Shown here one piece after another: positions 1 through 9,119 of a stretch of 64,000 nucleotides of DNA (position 1 is the stretch's first letter; each line of letters begins with the position of its first letter). This stretch comes from an uncultured bacterium (lineage in GTDB: Bacteria; Patescibacteriota; Minisyncoccia; Phycocordibacterales; GWA1-40-21). Location of the stretch: assembly GCA_903831305.1 (NCBI GenBank), contig CAIKXE010000008.1:25105-89104 (forward strand). The letters are read 5' to 3'. The translations under genes were made by a program, and so were the position numbers. Below the pieces are notes generated by a model that was given only the letters and a program-made list of their open reading frames with translations, was not told the DNA's origin and did not search any database.

Positions 1-397
1 ACTTAGGAACAATAAAATCAATACCGACACTAAACTTAGTATTAAATAACTCATCCTCAAAATTTGGAGTAAGAGCTGTTGCCCAAGAGATAACTCTTTT
101 ACTAGCCTTATTTACCCCATACAATTTAAAATCAATGTTTATTTTGTTATCACCACATATCTTATATGTTGCCTTACGATCTGCAATAATACTATCCTCA
201 AAAAACCAAGATGCATTCTGGTATATTTTTCTATCAGTATCATTAAAAAGCTGAAAGTTGTTAAGGTCGTTTGGAGTATCAATCAAGAGATTAACCACAG
301 AAAGAATAACCCTCTGTGTTTGTTCAAAGCTTTTTTTAGTAGTGAGCTCATTAAGCTCATTTTGAATATTTTGGATTTTATCTGGTAGTTTATTCAT
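1..397 (-). CDS. Hypothetical protein, C-terminally truncated by window edge (N-terminal 132 aa visible: MNKLPDKIQNIQNELNELTTKK...). Its start ATG overlaps the stop of the upstream PLD-helicase gene (ATGAATAA), so the two are translationally coupled
   Basis: Open reading frame on the minus strand running off the left edge. ATG at 395-397 overlaps the TAA stop of the 390..3872 gene, an operon-style 8-nt overlap. Confidence 0.45.
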   Translation of the reverse strand, partial: MNKLPDKIQNIQNELNELTTKKSFEQTQRVILSVVNLLIDTPNDLNNFQLFNDTDRKIYQNASWFFEDSIIADRKATYKICGDNKINIDFKLYGVNKASKRVISWATALTPNFEDELFNTKFSVGIDFIVPK

Positions 398-3300
398 TAT
401 CTTTTACATAGAATAGAATGCTCTTTGTTGAAGACGGTAACTTAGTTGTTTCTGTTTGTTTATATTTATAAAGATCCTTTGATAAAGCAACTAACTTTTG
501 GAGTGTTTCTTGATAAGCATCACCTTTATTCTTTTGTGTCATTACTTTGCGTTTTAGCTGGCCAATATCACGTTTATAGAATACGTCTTTTGTCTTAAAA
601 GCATCACGGACAATATCAATCTCTTCCTCAAGATAACCGTTGGTGAAAAGTATTCTAAGAACCTCATTCTCTTGACCAATCAAAGCACCAGTCTCATCAT
701 CTCCAAAATATTGAATGACTTTTGATTCAATTTGCTTCTTAATAGAAACCTTATCTAGACTTATTTTATCTAAGAATCTCTTACTATCCTCTGGATTAGT
801 TCTAAGCCACTCTAAGGCTTGGAGTTGAGAGACAGCATATAGTTGAGAGGCTGACTTATCAGTTTTTGTAAATTGAAAGCCGGTTAGCTCACCTTGTTCA
901 GAAAATAGTTTTGTTAGTGAGAACACTTCTGGTCTAGCCTGACCACGATAAGGAATGTTTGGAGTTACTGCCCACTTACCGTCAGAAATATTATAAATAT
1001 TCTCTTTATATTCATCAGAGTATAGATCGCTTTCATTAAATCTTTTTAGATCAAGAACAAACTCATCTTCTGAAATTAGAAAATCTGATGCTTTTTCTGC
1101 ATCCTGAAGAGCTTGCATTCTCTTTTGAAAATCAGAGCTGTAAATATCACTTACTGAATCGGTGTACTCAATAGGATTTTCTGGTTCGTCTAATACCGGT
1201 GTATCAGTACCAATTGTATTCCTAATAATATCAATCTTACCTTGTAGTCTTTGAATTAGTTTTAGATATGAATCCAGTTTTGCTTCTGGTCTCATATTAT
1301 AAATATATACCTCACTAAATAATGATCCGAGACGATTAACACGACCGTTTCTCTGGATCATACGGACAGGATTCCAGTGAAGATCATAGTTTACAAGGAT
1401 ACCTGAATCTTGAAGATTTTGACCCTCGGATAGTACATCAGTAGAGAAAAGATACTGTAATTCTACTTCATTATCTTTTAATACATAATTTTTAGACTTA
1501 GGTGAAAATCTTGATGCAATGTTCTCGGCATCACTCCTGTTTTTTGAAGATACAAAAGCTGTATTTTCTTTGTTTACGCTTGAGGAATATTTTGAAATCT
1601 TTTCCTCTAAATAATTAACTGTATCTGCAAAGTATGAAAAGATAAGAACTTTTTTGTTAGGATTTTCTTTTTTAAGTGAGTCAATAAGAGCACCAAAACA
1701 TTTTATTTTTGAATCATCTTTAGCAAGAATCTCTAGTTGATTTCTTATTACATCAACAAGTTCTTTTTCTTTTTTAAGATCTGCCTTTATAACTTCAAGC
1801 TCGTAAGTTTTCTCATCAACTGTATCAAGAGTATTTTCTTCTAGAGCATCAGGATCAATTTCAAGATCTTCATCGCCCAAACTAGCTTCAAGTGCTTCAA
1901 GATCTTGTAAAGAAACGATCTTACCCTCATTGATTCCTTTTTCAAATAAATCTAGTTTATGGCTATAAGTTTCTAGAGATGATCTTAATGCGCTAACTGA
2001 TGATTCCATACGCTTTAGAAAAACAGTTCTTAAAATACCAAAAATACCAAGCTGTAGAAGTAGTCGCTTGCTGTTTTCAGAACTCAAACCAATTTCTTTT
2101 ATTTCATCACGTGTTTTACCATAATACTTTGTTTGATACATCATCCAGCGATAAGGAATAAATCCAAGCATTAAAATAAGCTGGAACACAAAGTACATTG
2201 GGTTCTCCTCTGATATAGTTTTCTCATCTAGTTTCTTTATTACTTTATCAGTCTGATTAAGGGGGTGTTTTAAATCCTTACATTTATCAATGATTTCATT
2301 TGGATCTAACTCATAGATAGAAGCTAGGGGTATAGTTGGAGTTTTAATTTTTCTAATAGCATCAACAAGTTTTTTATCAAGCTCATATTCAGTTACCTCT
2401 GGTATAACTTTAGGAAACTTAGTCTCAACTCCATTGATAGTCAGTGCACCATACTCTTTCTCAATACCTTGTCTGGTTCTTCTAACAACAAAAGTACGAA
2501 TGATCGGTGTCATTACCTGTTTTATATAATCATAATCAATTTTACCGTCTCGCTTTATATCTTGGTTTATTTTCTTTTTTAGGTTTTCAACCGCTTGGTA
2601 GAAACTAATTTGAACAGTTTGTTTCTGCTCATCAGCAATAGTTACTTTCAATACTTCTGCATTACCACCAGTACCTAAAAGAATCTGATTTGTAAGATCG
2701 CTTAGTTGATTGTTAATTGGAGTAGCAGTAAGAAGAAGTACCTGTGCTTTAGGGTTTGATCTAACCCAATCCAAAAGAAGTTTGAAACGTGAACCAGATG
2801 TTTGGCGTAAATTATGTGACTCATCAATTACAAACAAAGATACGCTGGCAATATTATCTAACTCTTTTCTTCTTTCTATTTCACCGCTATTTTGAAGAGT
2901 TATTGGTTTTAAACCATAGACACCCTCTGTTGTAAGTTCCTTTTCCCATTGCTGAACGAGAGATTTAGGACAAATTATTTCAACGCGTTTTTTACCCTCT
3001 GAATTATCTACATACTGTTTAAGTACGCTAATAGCTGTGGTTGTTTTACCAAGACCAACAGAGTCAGCGAGCATAGCAACCTTATATTTACGGAGTCGTC
3101 TTAATAGGGCGTGTACGTTCTTTTGTTGAAAATCAAATAACGTCTTTCCGTGACCATTTTTACTTAATTCTTCATCATCATCCTCAATTTCTTCCTTATA
3201 TAATTCATATAAAGTTTTGATATATGTCTCGTAAGGACTATAAAGTTCATCTCCAACAGGAGAGGTACCAAGAAGTGTGCAGAATTTCTCACTCCATATT

Positions 3301-3872
3301 TCTGTAGTTTCTTCATTCCAAAATTGATCAAACCAATACAAGTGTCCAACTTCTTGCTCCTCTGTCTTTGGTTGAAATACAACAACTCTTTGATCAGATT
3401 CAAGCGCATTTAGTTCCGCATTATATGCGAGACCATTTTTAGTAAAATTAGATGAACCAATAATACCAACCGCCTCATTTGATTCATAAGAACCAAATAT
3501 GTAACACTTAGCGTGTAAAAAAGTCTTTCTGTATACACGAACCTCAAGTTTTCCATTTGCAATACTTTCCTTAATTTCTGAAACGACTTCTTTAAGGCCG
3601 GATTCGGGGTCAATCATTGATAGATCAAACTTTATATCCTGATCTGGATAATCAAGCTCTGGTTCAATCATATTATGTCTTGGAATAAGTGGTTCTCTTC
3701 CGATAAGGAGTCTAACTTTTTTATAATTCTTAAGATGCGGAATTATTAGCTTCATTCCCTCAAGATCCCAGTACCCAGTGGCTATGGAAAGTTCATTGTG
3801 TTTTGGGGCTACATCAATAAGAACATCAATAAGTTTTTTTCTATTATTATCAATAATTTTTGGGAGTGTCAT
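390..3872 (-). CDS. PLD-family nuclease domain fused to an SNF2/DEAD-like superfamily-2 helicase (1160 aa); candidate defence/restriction-like helicase-nuclease
   Basis: N-terminus carries an HxK PLD motif (HAKCYIFGS...GSSNFT). The helicase has motif I DSVGLGKTTTAI, motif II VIDESHNLR, motif III LLLTATPINN, a C-terminal helicase domain (LSEGQNLQ) and motif VI QRNGRVNRLG, plus a ~250 aa C-terminal extension. Confidence 0.75.
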   Translation of the reverse strand: MTLPKIIDNNRKKLIDVLIDVAPKHNELSIATGYWDLEGMKLIIPHLKNYKKVRLLIGREPLIPRHNMIEPELDYPDQDIKFDLSMIDPESGLKEVVSEIKESIANGKLEVRVYRKTFLHAKCYIFGSYESNEAVGIIGSSNFTKNGLAYNAELNALESDQRVVVFQPKTEEQEVGHLYWFDQFWNEETTEIWSEKFCTLLGTSPVGDELYSPYETYIKTLYELYKEEIEDDDEELSKNGHGKTLFDFQQKNVHALLRRLRKYKVAMLADSVGLGKTTTAISVLKQYVDNSEGKKRVEIICPKSLVQQWEKELTTEGVYGLKPITLQNSGEIERRKELDNIASVSLFVIDESHNLRQTSGSRFKLLLDWVRSNPKAQVLLLTATPINNQLSDLTNQILLGTGGNAEVLKVTIADEQKQTVQISFYQAVENLKKKINQDIKRDGKIDYDYIKQVMTPIIRTFVVRRTRQGIEKEYGALTINGVETKFPKVIPEVTEYELDKKLVDAIRKIKTPTIPLASIYELDPNEIIDKCKDLKHPLNQTDKVIKKLDEKTISEENPMYFVFQLILMLGFIPYRWMMYQTKYYGKTRDEIKEIGLSSENSKRLLLQLGIFGILRTVFLKRMESSVSALRSSLETYSHKLDLFEKGINEGKIVSLQDLEALEASLGDEDLEIDPDALEENTLDTVDEKTYELEVIKADLKKEKELVDVIRNQLEILAKDDSKIKCFGALIDSLKKENPNKKVLIFSYFADTVNYLEEKISKYSSSVNKENTAFVSSKNRSDAENIASRFSPKSKNYVLKDNEVELQYLFSTDVLSEGQNLQDSGILVNYDLHWNPVRMIQRNGRVNRLGSLFSEVYIYNMRPEAKLDSYLKLIQRLQGKIDIIRNTIGTDTPVLDEPENPIEYTDSVSDIYSSDFQKRMQALQDAEKASDFLISEDEFVLDLKRFNESDLYSDEYKENIYNISDGKWAVTPNIPYRGQARPEVFSLTKLFSEQGELTGFQFTKTDKSASQLYAVSQLQALEWLRTNPEDSKRFLDKISLDKVSIKKQIESKVIQYFGDDETGALIGQENEVLRILFTNGYLEEEIDIVRDAFKTKDVFYKRDIGQLKRKVMTQKNKGDAYQETLQKLVALSKDLYKYKQTETTKLPSSTKSILFYVKDNE

Positions 3873-3949
3873 TTTTGTATTCTAGCACAAAATCAATACC
3901 TTTTAAAGGGTTTTGTAAATATGTATTTTATCCAAAAATCTGCTATTGT

Positions 3950-4618
3950 ATGAGTATGTCAACGCCAGACCAAAACTTATCATATTTAATTAAAAGAAAG
4001 AAAAAAGTTCTTAAAATTTTATCAAAAATTAAGAGATTGTCTTTGTCTCATTCAGATAACGTTATCTTTTATAAAGTAGAGCTAGTTTTGAATAAAAAAC
4101 ATAAGATTGACGAGAGGTACGTTTTAGATCTTGAAGAAGATCATATAATAAATATATTTCAAAAAAGTAATCTGTTTAAGGTATTAGACAGCTACCAAAA
4201 TGATCAGAATGATCAAGTATATGAAATCAAAATTGATCCTGTTCAGTTTAGGCAGTCGGAGGAATTTTTATTGCAGGAATTAGATCTATCTGACACTCTT
4301 AAAGAGTATAGCGGTGATTCAATAGCGAGTCTGAAATTTAATATAGCAAAAGACAACAAAAGAGATATGACGATCATTGTTAATAATAATGAGAATTTAT
4401 CTATTGAGGTTGATAGGACTGATACGTACTGGGGGTTATTACTTGAGATAGCCAAAAATAAATCAATAGACTACGATAGCTCCCATAAAAACTTTATAAA
4501 TTATATAAACAGTGGAGTGGATTGTGCATTTTATTCCAAGGATAAATATAAACCAACTAAAATCTTGGGGAGAAAAAATGGAATAATTAAATTTTTAATT
4601 CCTGTTAAGTTAAAATAG
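3950..4618 (+). CDS. Hypothetical protein, Lys-rich, divergent from the helicase gene; start chosen at the internal Met MSMSTPDQ (the ORF is open from 3860)
   Basis: ORF track 3860..4618. The AT-rich upstream is better explained as promoter. A hairpin terminator AGCCTTATAAAATAAGGCT lies at ~4652-4672. Confidence 0.45.
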   Translation: MSMSTPDQNLSYLIKRKKKVLKILSKIKRLSLSHSDNVIFYKVELVLNKKHKIDERYVLDLEEDHIINIFQKSNLFKVLDSYQNDQNDQVYEIKIDPVQFRQSEEFLLQELDLSDTLKEYSGDSIASLKFNIAKDNKRDMTIIVNNNENLSIEVDRTDTYWGLLLEIAKNKSIDYDSSHKNFINYINSGVDCAFYSKDKYKPTKILGRKNGIIKFLIPVKLK

Positions 4619-5252
4619 GGGTTGGGGAAAGTTGGGAATGTGAATAACTTTAATAGCCTTATAAAATAAGGCTATTTTGTATTACTTATTTTAATCCCAA
4701 CCTAGTACCAACCGACGCACTCTGTAAAAATAGTGCTATGGAACTAAGTAATAGCGACATAGCCAAACTTCGGGAAGTGCTCCAAAAATCAATTGGAGAT
4801 TATTCTGATCAGCTATCTGATCAAGAAGTTGGCGAACTCGGTATTACCTTACTCCAAACAACCGCAGTTATTCTTAAAGCTAAATGTGATTTAAGAAAAA
4901 TAGCTACAGTAAATTAACAACGGAATATTTGGGTGGCTATCAGCGCATCCACCAGAAGATAACTTGGGCTGAAAAATTAGGTACTTTCTTAAAAATCCAG
5001 GAGATTATGAGGTTTCGCCCCGAAATGGGACTTTTACTCCTCCTGGCTCTAGAAGAGAGCGCGTAATAACTGATGATGATACGGTCAGTGCAAACAACTC
5101 CGCACCAGTTGTTAAATCGGTTACCCTATAAGTCCGACTGACGCGCCCCTCAACATAAATATCCTACATAATAAAAAACATTGTTGTAGATATTATCTAG
5201 AGCAAAAAAGGGTGCATATTTAATAAAACAAACACTAATTAACACTAATAAT

Positions 5253-5666
5253 ATGAAGCAAACAAAAATAAGACACAATTTTGAGTATCATCAGTTTATC
5301 CTTTGGATTAGCCTACCAAAAGAACTTCGCGAGCCAAAAACTCAAGCGGAATTATCAAAACACTTTAGGGTTGGCCAAGATACTCTTTCAGAGTGGAAAA
5401 AGAAGACAGGATTCTGGGAGGAGGTTGCTAGTCAAAGAAAGAATTGGAGTAAGGAAAAGACATCAGAAGTTGTATATGCACTTTATAAAAAAGCGGTCGA
5501 TATAGGAGGTGCACCAGAAGTTAAGTTATGGTTTCAGATTATGGAGGGTTGGTCTGAAAGATTGATTTCATTTACTGAAAAAGAAAACCCTCTCGCGAAC
5601 TTAACAGATCAGGAGTTAGACGACCTAATTAAAAAACAAAAAGCACGTTTTTCTAAAACAGACTAA
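5253..5666 (+). CDS. Small HTH-domain protein, possibly phage terminase small-subunit-like or transposase-type HTH
   Basis: Helix-turn-helix-like segment TQAELSKHFRVGQDTLSEWKKK. It sits in the cargo next to the serine recombinase. Confidence 0.35.
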   Translation: MKQTKIRHNFEYHQFILWISLPKELREPKTQAELSKHFRVGQDTLSEWKKKTGFWEEVASQRKNWSKEKTSEVVYALYKKAVDIGGAPEVKLWFQIMEGWSERLISFTEKENPLANLTDQELDDLIKKQKARFSKTD

Positions 5667-5678
5667 GTAATAAAAAAA

Positions 5679-5963
5679 ATGAAAAGTATAGAAAAAGAGT
5701 TTGATAAAACTCAAAGTAAAAATCCAAACTGGTCATCATATACTGTCTTTGCAAGTACAGTTCGGGGTAAAAAATATAGCGAGGATAGACTTAAAAGAAT
5801 GTTTAAAAAACTTGTAAGTAAAGATGATTATGCAAACAAGGATAAAAAGGGGCTTATAAAAAACCTATGCGCTCTCAATATATGCCCGAAGCGTACAGAA
5901 AACAGGGGTAAATTTGCTCTAGACAACACGAAAGATGAAAAGACGATAAATGGTATTATTTAA
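5679..5963 (+). CDS. Hypothetical small basic protein (94 aa)
   Basis: ORF with AT-rich codon usage consistent with the backbone; no recognisable motif. Confidence 0.35.
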   Translation: MKSIEKEFDKTQSKNPNWSSYTVFASTVRGKKYSEDRLKRMFKKLVSKDDYANKDKKGLIKNLCALNICPKRTENRGKFALDNTKDEKTINGII

Positions 5964-6008
5964 ACAAAATTAAGTAACAAACAACAAAATTATTGCTATA
6001 ATGCATAT

Positions 6009-6077
6009 GCCAGACCATAAAGTTAAAATATTCAAATTTGTTTATAGAAGCGGAGTAATAACTCACTATGGTCTGGC
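6009..6077. repeat. Inverted repeat GCCAGACCATA / TATGGTCTGGC (11-bp arms, ~47-nt spacer) in the promoter region of the serine recombinase
   Basis: Arms read directly at 6009-6019 and 6067-6077. Confidence 0.5.
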
Positions 6078-6133
6078 GATCTTAGGTATAGTTATTGCTC
6101 CACTTTTGTATATAAAAATAATAAATTAAAACA

Positions 6134-7837
6134 ATGAAAAAAATACTGAATGATAAAATAATATACGGTGCTTATTTCCGTAAGTCATCTGAATCAGAGG
6201 ATAGGCAAGCTCAATCTATCCCAGATCAAATTAGGGAGGTTGAAACTATTGCGCAAAGAGAAAATATTCAAATTGGTATAAAGTTTCCCGGAGAGTCACA
6301 GTCTGCTTTTACAATTGGAAGACCTATTTTTGCGGATCTTGTAAATAAAATAATGGATCAGGAAATAAACGCAATTGTTGTTTGGCACCCAAACAGACTT
6401 GCGAGAAATCCTGTTGATGCCGGAATGATTCTTTATCTTTTGGATGAGGGTAAATTAAAAGTTATACAAACTCCTAGTAGAGCATATTATAATACTGCGA
6501 GTGATAAATTTATGCTTCAACTTGAGTTTAGTATGTCAAAGAAAGACAGTGACGATAAGAGTGAAGCAGTTATTAGAGGTTTAGAGGGAAGAGCAATTAG
6601 AGGTCTTCCAAGCGGAGTTTCAAAAGTTGGTTTTCTCAATGACACGACAGAAGAAAAAGGAAAAAGAAAATGGAACGTAGATAAAATTCGTTTTCCACTG
6701 GTACAACAACTTCTTAAGAAAATGCTTACTGGAAAATATTCTCCAGCACAAATATACAGATATGCAAAAGACGATTTAAAACTTACAACTACACCTAGAA
6801 AAAAAGTTGGAGGTAAAGCGATATCTTTTTCGTACATTTATTTATTATTAAGAGATCCTATTTATGCAGGTTTTTTCTTTTATGACGAGAAAAGATATGA
6901 ATTAGACGATAGACTTCCACGTGCTATAACCGAAGACGAATATTGGAAAATACAGACAATACTTGGATTAAAAGGAAGACCTCACCCCTCAAAACACGAG
7001 GGAACATATAATGATTTTCTTGTTTGTAAAAAGTGTAATGGACATATGTCACCTGATTTTAAGTTTCAACTTATATGTTCTGTTTGTAGACATAAATTTT
7101 CTTATAGAAACACGGTTGAGTGTCCTAAATGCAAAACAAAAATTGAACAAATGATTGACCCTGTATATTGTTCATATGTATATTATTACTGTATTAACAA
7201 CAAAAAACACCGGACTGTCTGTCAAAATGACGGTATTGAGGAAAAGAAACTTCAACAAGCTCTAGTTCTAAGTCTTAAAGAAAAAGTATCTATTTCTAAA
7301 GATTTATCTAAGTGGTGTATTGATAATATCTACAAACTTAAAGATATTGAACTTAACGAGAAACTATCAATTAAAAACAATCTTGATCAAGAAGAACTGT
7401 CTTTGAAAACGAAATTAAAAAAAATAACTCTAGCTCGTATTTCTCGCGAAGTCTCTTTAGAAGAAGAACAAACTTATATTGAACTTGAAAATGAGATAAG
7501 GGCTGAATTGGTTAGTTTGAATATTCAAAAAGGTAATATGAATGTTGAGTGGTTTTCTGAAGCCTCTAAAGATTTTGATCTTATGTCGGAAATAGTTAAT
7601 GTACTTGAAAATGGAACGACAGAGCAAAAAAAGGAAACTCTGTATGCTTTTGGTTCGAACCTGACAGTTAAAGACAAAATAGTTAGTGTTCACAACAAAA
7701 AATCAATAGAACTCTTTTCAGAGTTCCTAGAACGGGCACAGATAGAAAACAAAGCGTTCGAACCTAGAAATACCCTTGCTACAAAAGAAAAAACAGAGGT
7801 TTTTGCCTCTGTAATTCCTATCCTGCTCCGTGGGTAG
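6134..7837 (+). CDS. Large serine recombinase (serine integrase; resolvase-type catalytic domain, recombinase domain and Zn-ribbon)
   Basis: N-terminus YGAYFRKSSESEDRQAQSIPDQ carries the nucleophilic Ser context. Further support from VVWHPNRLARN and a Cys-rich ribbon CKKCNGH...CSVCRH...CPKCKTK. Size is 567 aa. The last 12 nt, including the TAG stop, overlap the 3' end of tRNA-Asn. Confidence 0.8.
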   Translation: MKKILNDKIIYGAYFRKSSESEDRQAQSIPDQIREVETIAQRENIQIGIKFPGESQSAFTIGRPIFADLVNKIMDQEINAIVVWHPNRLARNPVDAGMILYLLDEGKLKVIQTPSRAYYNTASDKFMLQLEFSMSKKDSDDKSEAVIRGLEGRAIRGLPSGVSKVGFLNDTTEEKGKRKWNVDKIRFPLVQQLLKKMLTGKYSPAQIYRYAKDDLKLTTTPRKKVGGKAISFSYIYLLLRDPIYAGFFFYDEKRYELDDRLPRAITEDEYWKIQTILGLKGRPHPSKHEGTYNDFLVCKKCNGHMSPDFKFQLICSVCRHKFSYRNTVECPKCKTKIEQMIDPVYCSYVYYYCINNKKHRTVCQNDGIEEKKLQQALVLSLKEKVSISKDLSKWCIDNIYKLKDIELNEKLSIKNNLDQEELSLKTKLKKITLARISREVSLEEEQTYIELENEIRAELVSLNIQKGNMNVEWFSEASKDFDLMSEIVNVLENGTTEQKKETLYAFGSNLTVKDKIVSVHNKKSIELFSEFLERAQIENKAFEPRNTLATKEKTEVFASVIPILLRG

Positions 7838-7897
7838 GGATCGAACCTACGACCAATCGCTTAACAGGCGACCGCTCTACCGCTGAGCTACCACGGA
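7826..7897 (-). tRNA. tRNA-Asn (anticodon GTT)
   Basis: Manual fold gives acceptor UCCGUGG/CCACGGA, D-arm GCUC-AGCGGUA-GAGC, anticodon arm GUCGC-CUGUUAA-GCGAU, T-loop UUCGAUC and discriminator G. Confidence 0.85.
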
Positions 7898-7979
7898 ATA
7901 TATTGGACCACTCTATCCTAGCAGGAATTTATGAAAAAATAAAGGGGTCTAAGATAGTCATTTGTGTTATACTTTCTAG

Positions 7980-8717
7980 ATGAAAAAAGAAAATATTAAA
8001 AAGATAGTCAAAGATAAATATAAAGAAATAGCTATCAGTGGTGCTTCATGCGGATGTTCATGCAATAGAGCAAAAAATATTTCAAAAAGTATTGGTTATT
8101 CTGAAGAGGAATTAAAAATAGTTGGTACGGCAAATCTTGGTCTTGGTTGTGGTAATCCGTTAGCTTATGGCAAGATTAAGGAGGGGGATGTGGTTCTGGA
8201 TTTAGGCTCTGGTGCTGGTATAGATTCTATTCTTGCGGCTGAAAAAGTTGGGAGTAAAGGCAAGGTGATCGGAGTGGATATGACTGAAGAAATGATAGAA
8301 AGGGCCAAAGAAAATGCTAAAAAATACAATGTAAAGAATGTAGAATTTCTCTTGGGAGAAATAGAGCATCTTCCTTTAGTGGATAATTCAGTTGATACTA
8401 TAATTACTAATTGTGTTATTAATTTAACGCCAGACAAAGCCAAGACATTTAGTGAAGCATACCGAGTGCTCAAACCAGGGGGAAAGATCTACCTTTCGGA
8501 TATTGTTTTGCTTGAAGACTTATCAAAGGAACAAAGAAATGACAAAGATTTATTATCTGGCTGTGTGGCTGGAGCTTTATTAAAGGAAGACTATCTTAAT
8601 AAAATAGAAAAAGCGGGTTTCGAAGTGAGGATTTTACATGAAAACAAGGAGATTAGTAAAAAGCAATATAATGGAATTGCTCTAGAAAGTATAATGGTTG
8701 AACTGTCTAAAAATTAA
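7980..8717 (+). CDS. SAM-dependent methyltransferase, ArsM-like (arsenite methyltransferase family)
   Basis: SAM-binding motif [11 protein letters not shown], the sequence [12 protein letters not shown], and N-terminal Cys cluster [10 protein letters not shown]. Confidence 0.6.
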   Translation: MKKENIKKIVKDKYKEIAISGASCGCSCNRAKNISKSIGYSEEELKIVGTANLGLGCGNPLAYGKIKEGDVVLDLGSGAGIDSILAAEKVGSKGKVIGVDMTEEMIERAKENAKKYNVKNVEFLLGEIEHLPLVDNSVDTIITNCVINLTPDKAKTFSEAYRVLKPGGKIYLSDIVLLEDLSKEQRNDKDLLSGCVAGALLKEDYLNKIEKAGFEVRILHENKEISKKQYNGIALESIMVELSKN

Positions 8718-8734
8718 ATAGACTATATTTTGGT

Positions 8735-8762
8735 TGACAAAATCACTGGATTAGCTAACATA
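8735..8762 (+). promoter_or_regulatory. Sigma70-like promoter TTGACA-16-TAACAT driving the GC-rich unit at 8770-9090
   Basis: Read directly from ttggTTGACAaaatcactggattagcTAACATatag. Confidence 0.4.
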
Positions 8763-8809
8763 TAGTCAGAACCTAGGTCCCTTACAAGAGTGGTGAGATG
8801 GAGGTGCGT

Positions 8810-9025
8810 ATGTCCAAGAAGCACAGAACGCGTAAACGGTGTGGGCGGATCGGCGGAATTGAGCGCCGGGTGTTCTCTTCCTACATGTGGTGCTTTACTA
8901 TGAACACGTGGGTGTTTGTACAGGTGGATGAGGAAAAGGGCAACTGTTGCACCTGCCCAAATTGCCCGTTCAGTCCGGCCTATGTAAGGCCGGAAGTTGA
9001 AACGGACGCCCGGCTTACCGCCTGA
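8810..9025 (+). CDS. Small basic Cys-rich ORF (71 aa, MSKKHRTRKRCGRIGG...CCTCPNCP) inside a GC-rich transcript; could instead be part of a structured ncRNA
   Basis: Strong SD GGAGGTG 4-5 nt before the ATG. The region is ~58% GC against an AT-rich backbone. Flanked by a promoter and a terminator. Confidence 0.3.
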   Translation: MSKKHRTRKRCGRIGGIERRVFSSYMWCFTMNTWVFVQVDEEKGNCCTCPNCPFSPAYVRPEVETDARLTA

Positions 9026-9048
9026 GTACCGCCCGGCCACCGCCGTAC

Positions 9049-9088
9049 AGCCCGCCTGGTTCCTATACCAGCGGGCTCTTTGTTTGTG
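9049..9088 (+). terminator. Intrinsic terminator (AGCCCGCCUGG...CCAGCGGGCU followed by CUUUGUUUGUG)
   Basis: GC-rich hairpin followed by a U-rich tract. Confidence 0.6.
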
Positions 9089-9119
9089 CAAATATTTGAT
9101 GCACGCTATACTTCATGGT

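Noticed and set aside
8760-9090. Possible RNase P RNA, tmRNA or SRP RNA
   Set aside because: Short snippets resemble RNase P CR-I/CR-V (AGTCCGG..., ...CCCGGCTTA), but they are only ~40 nt apart and in the wrong context. No tRNA-like 3' end for tmRNA, and no GGAA/AGCAGC SRP domain IV. Left as an unknown unit.
8723-9091. 122-aa minus-strand ORF in GC-rich unit
   Set aside because: It has no SD or promoter in the correct orientation. The plus strand carries the promoter, SD and terminator.
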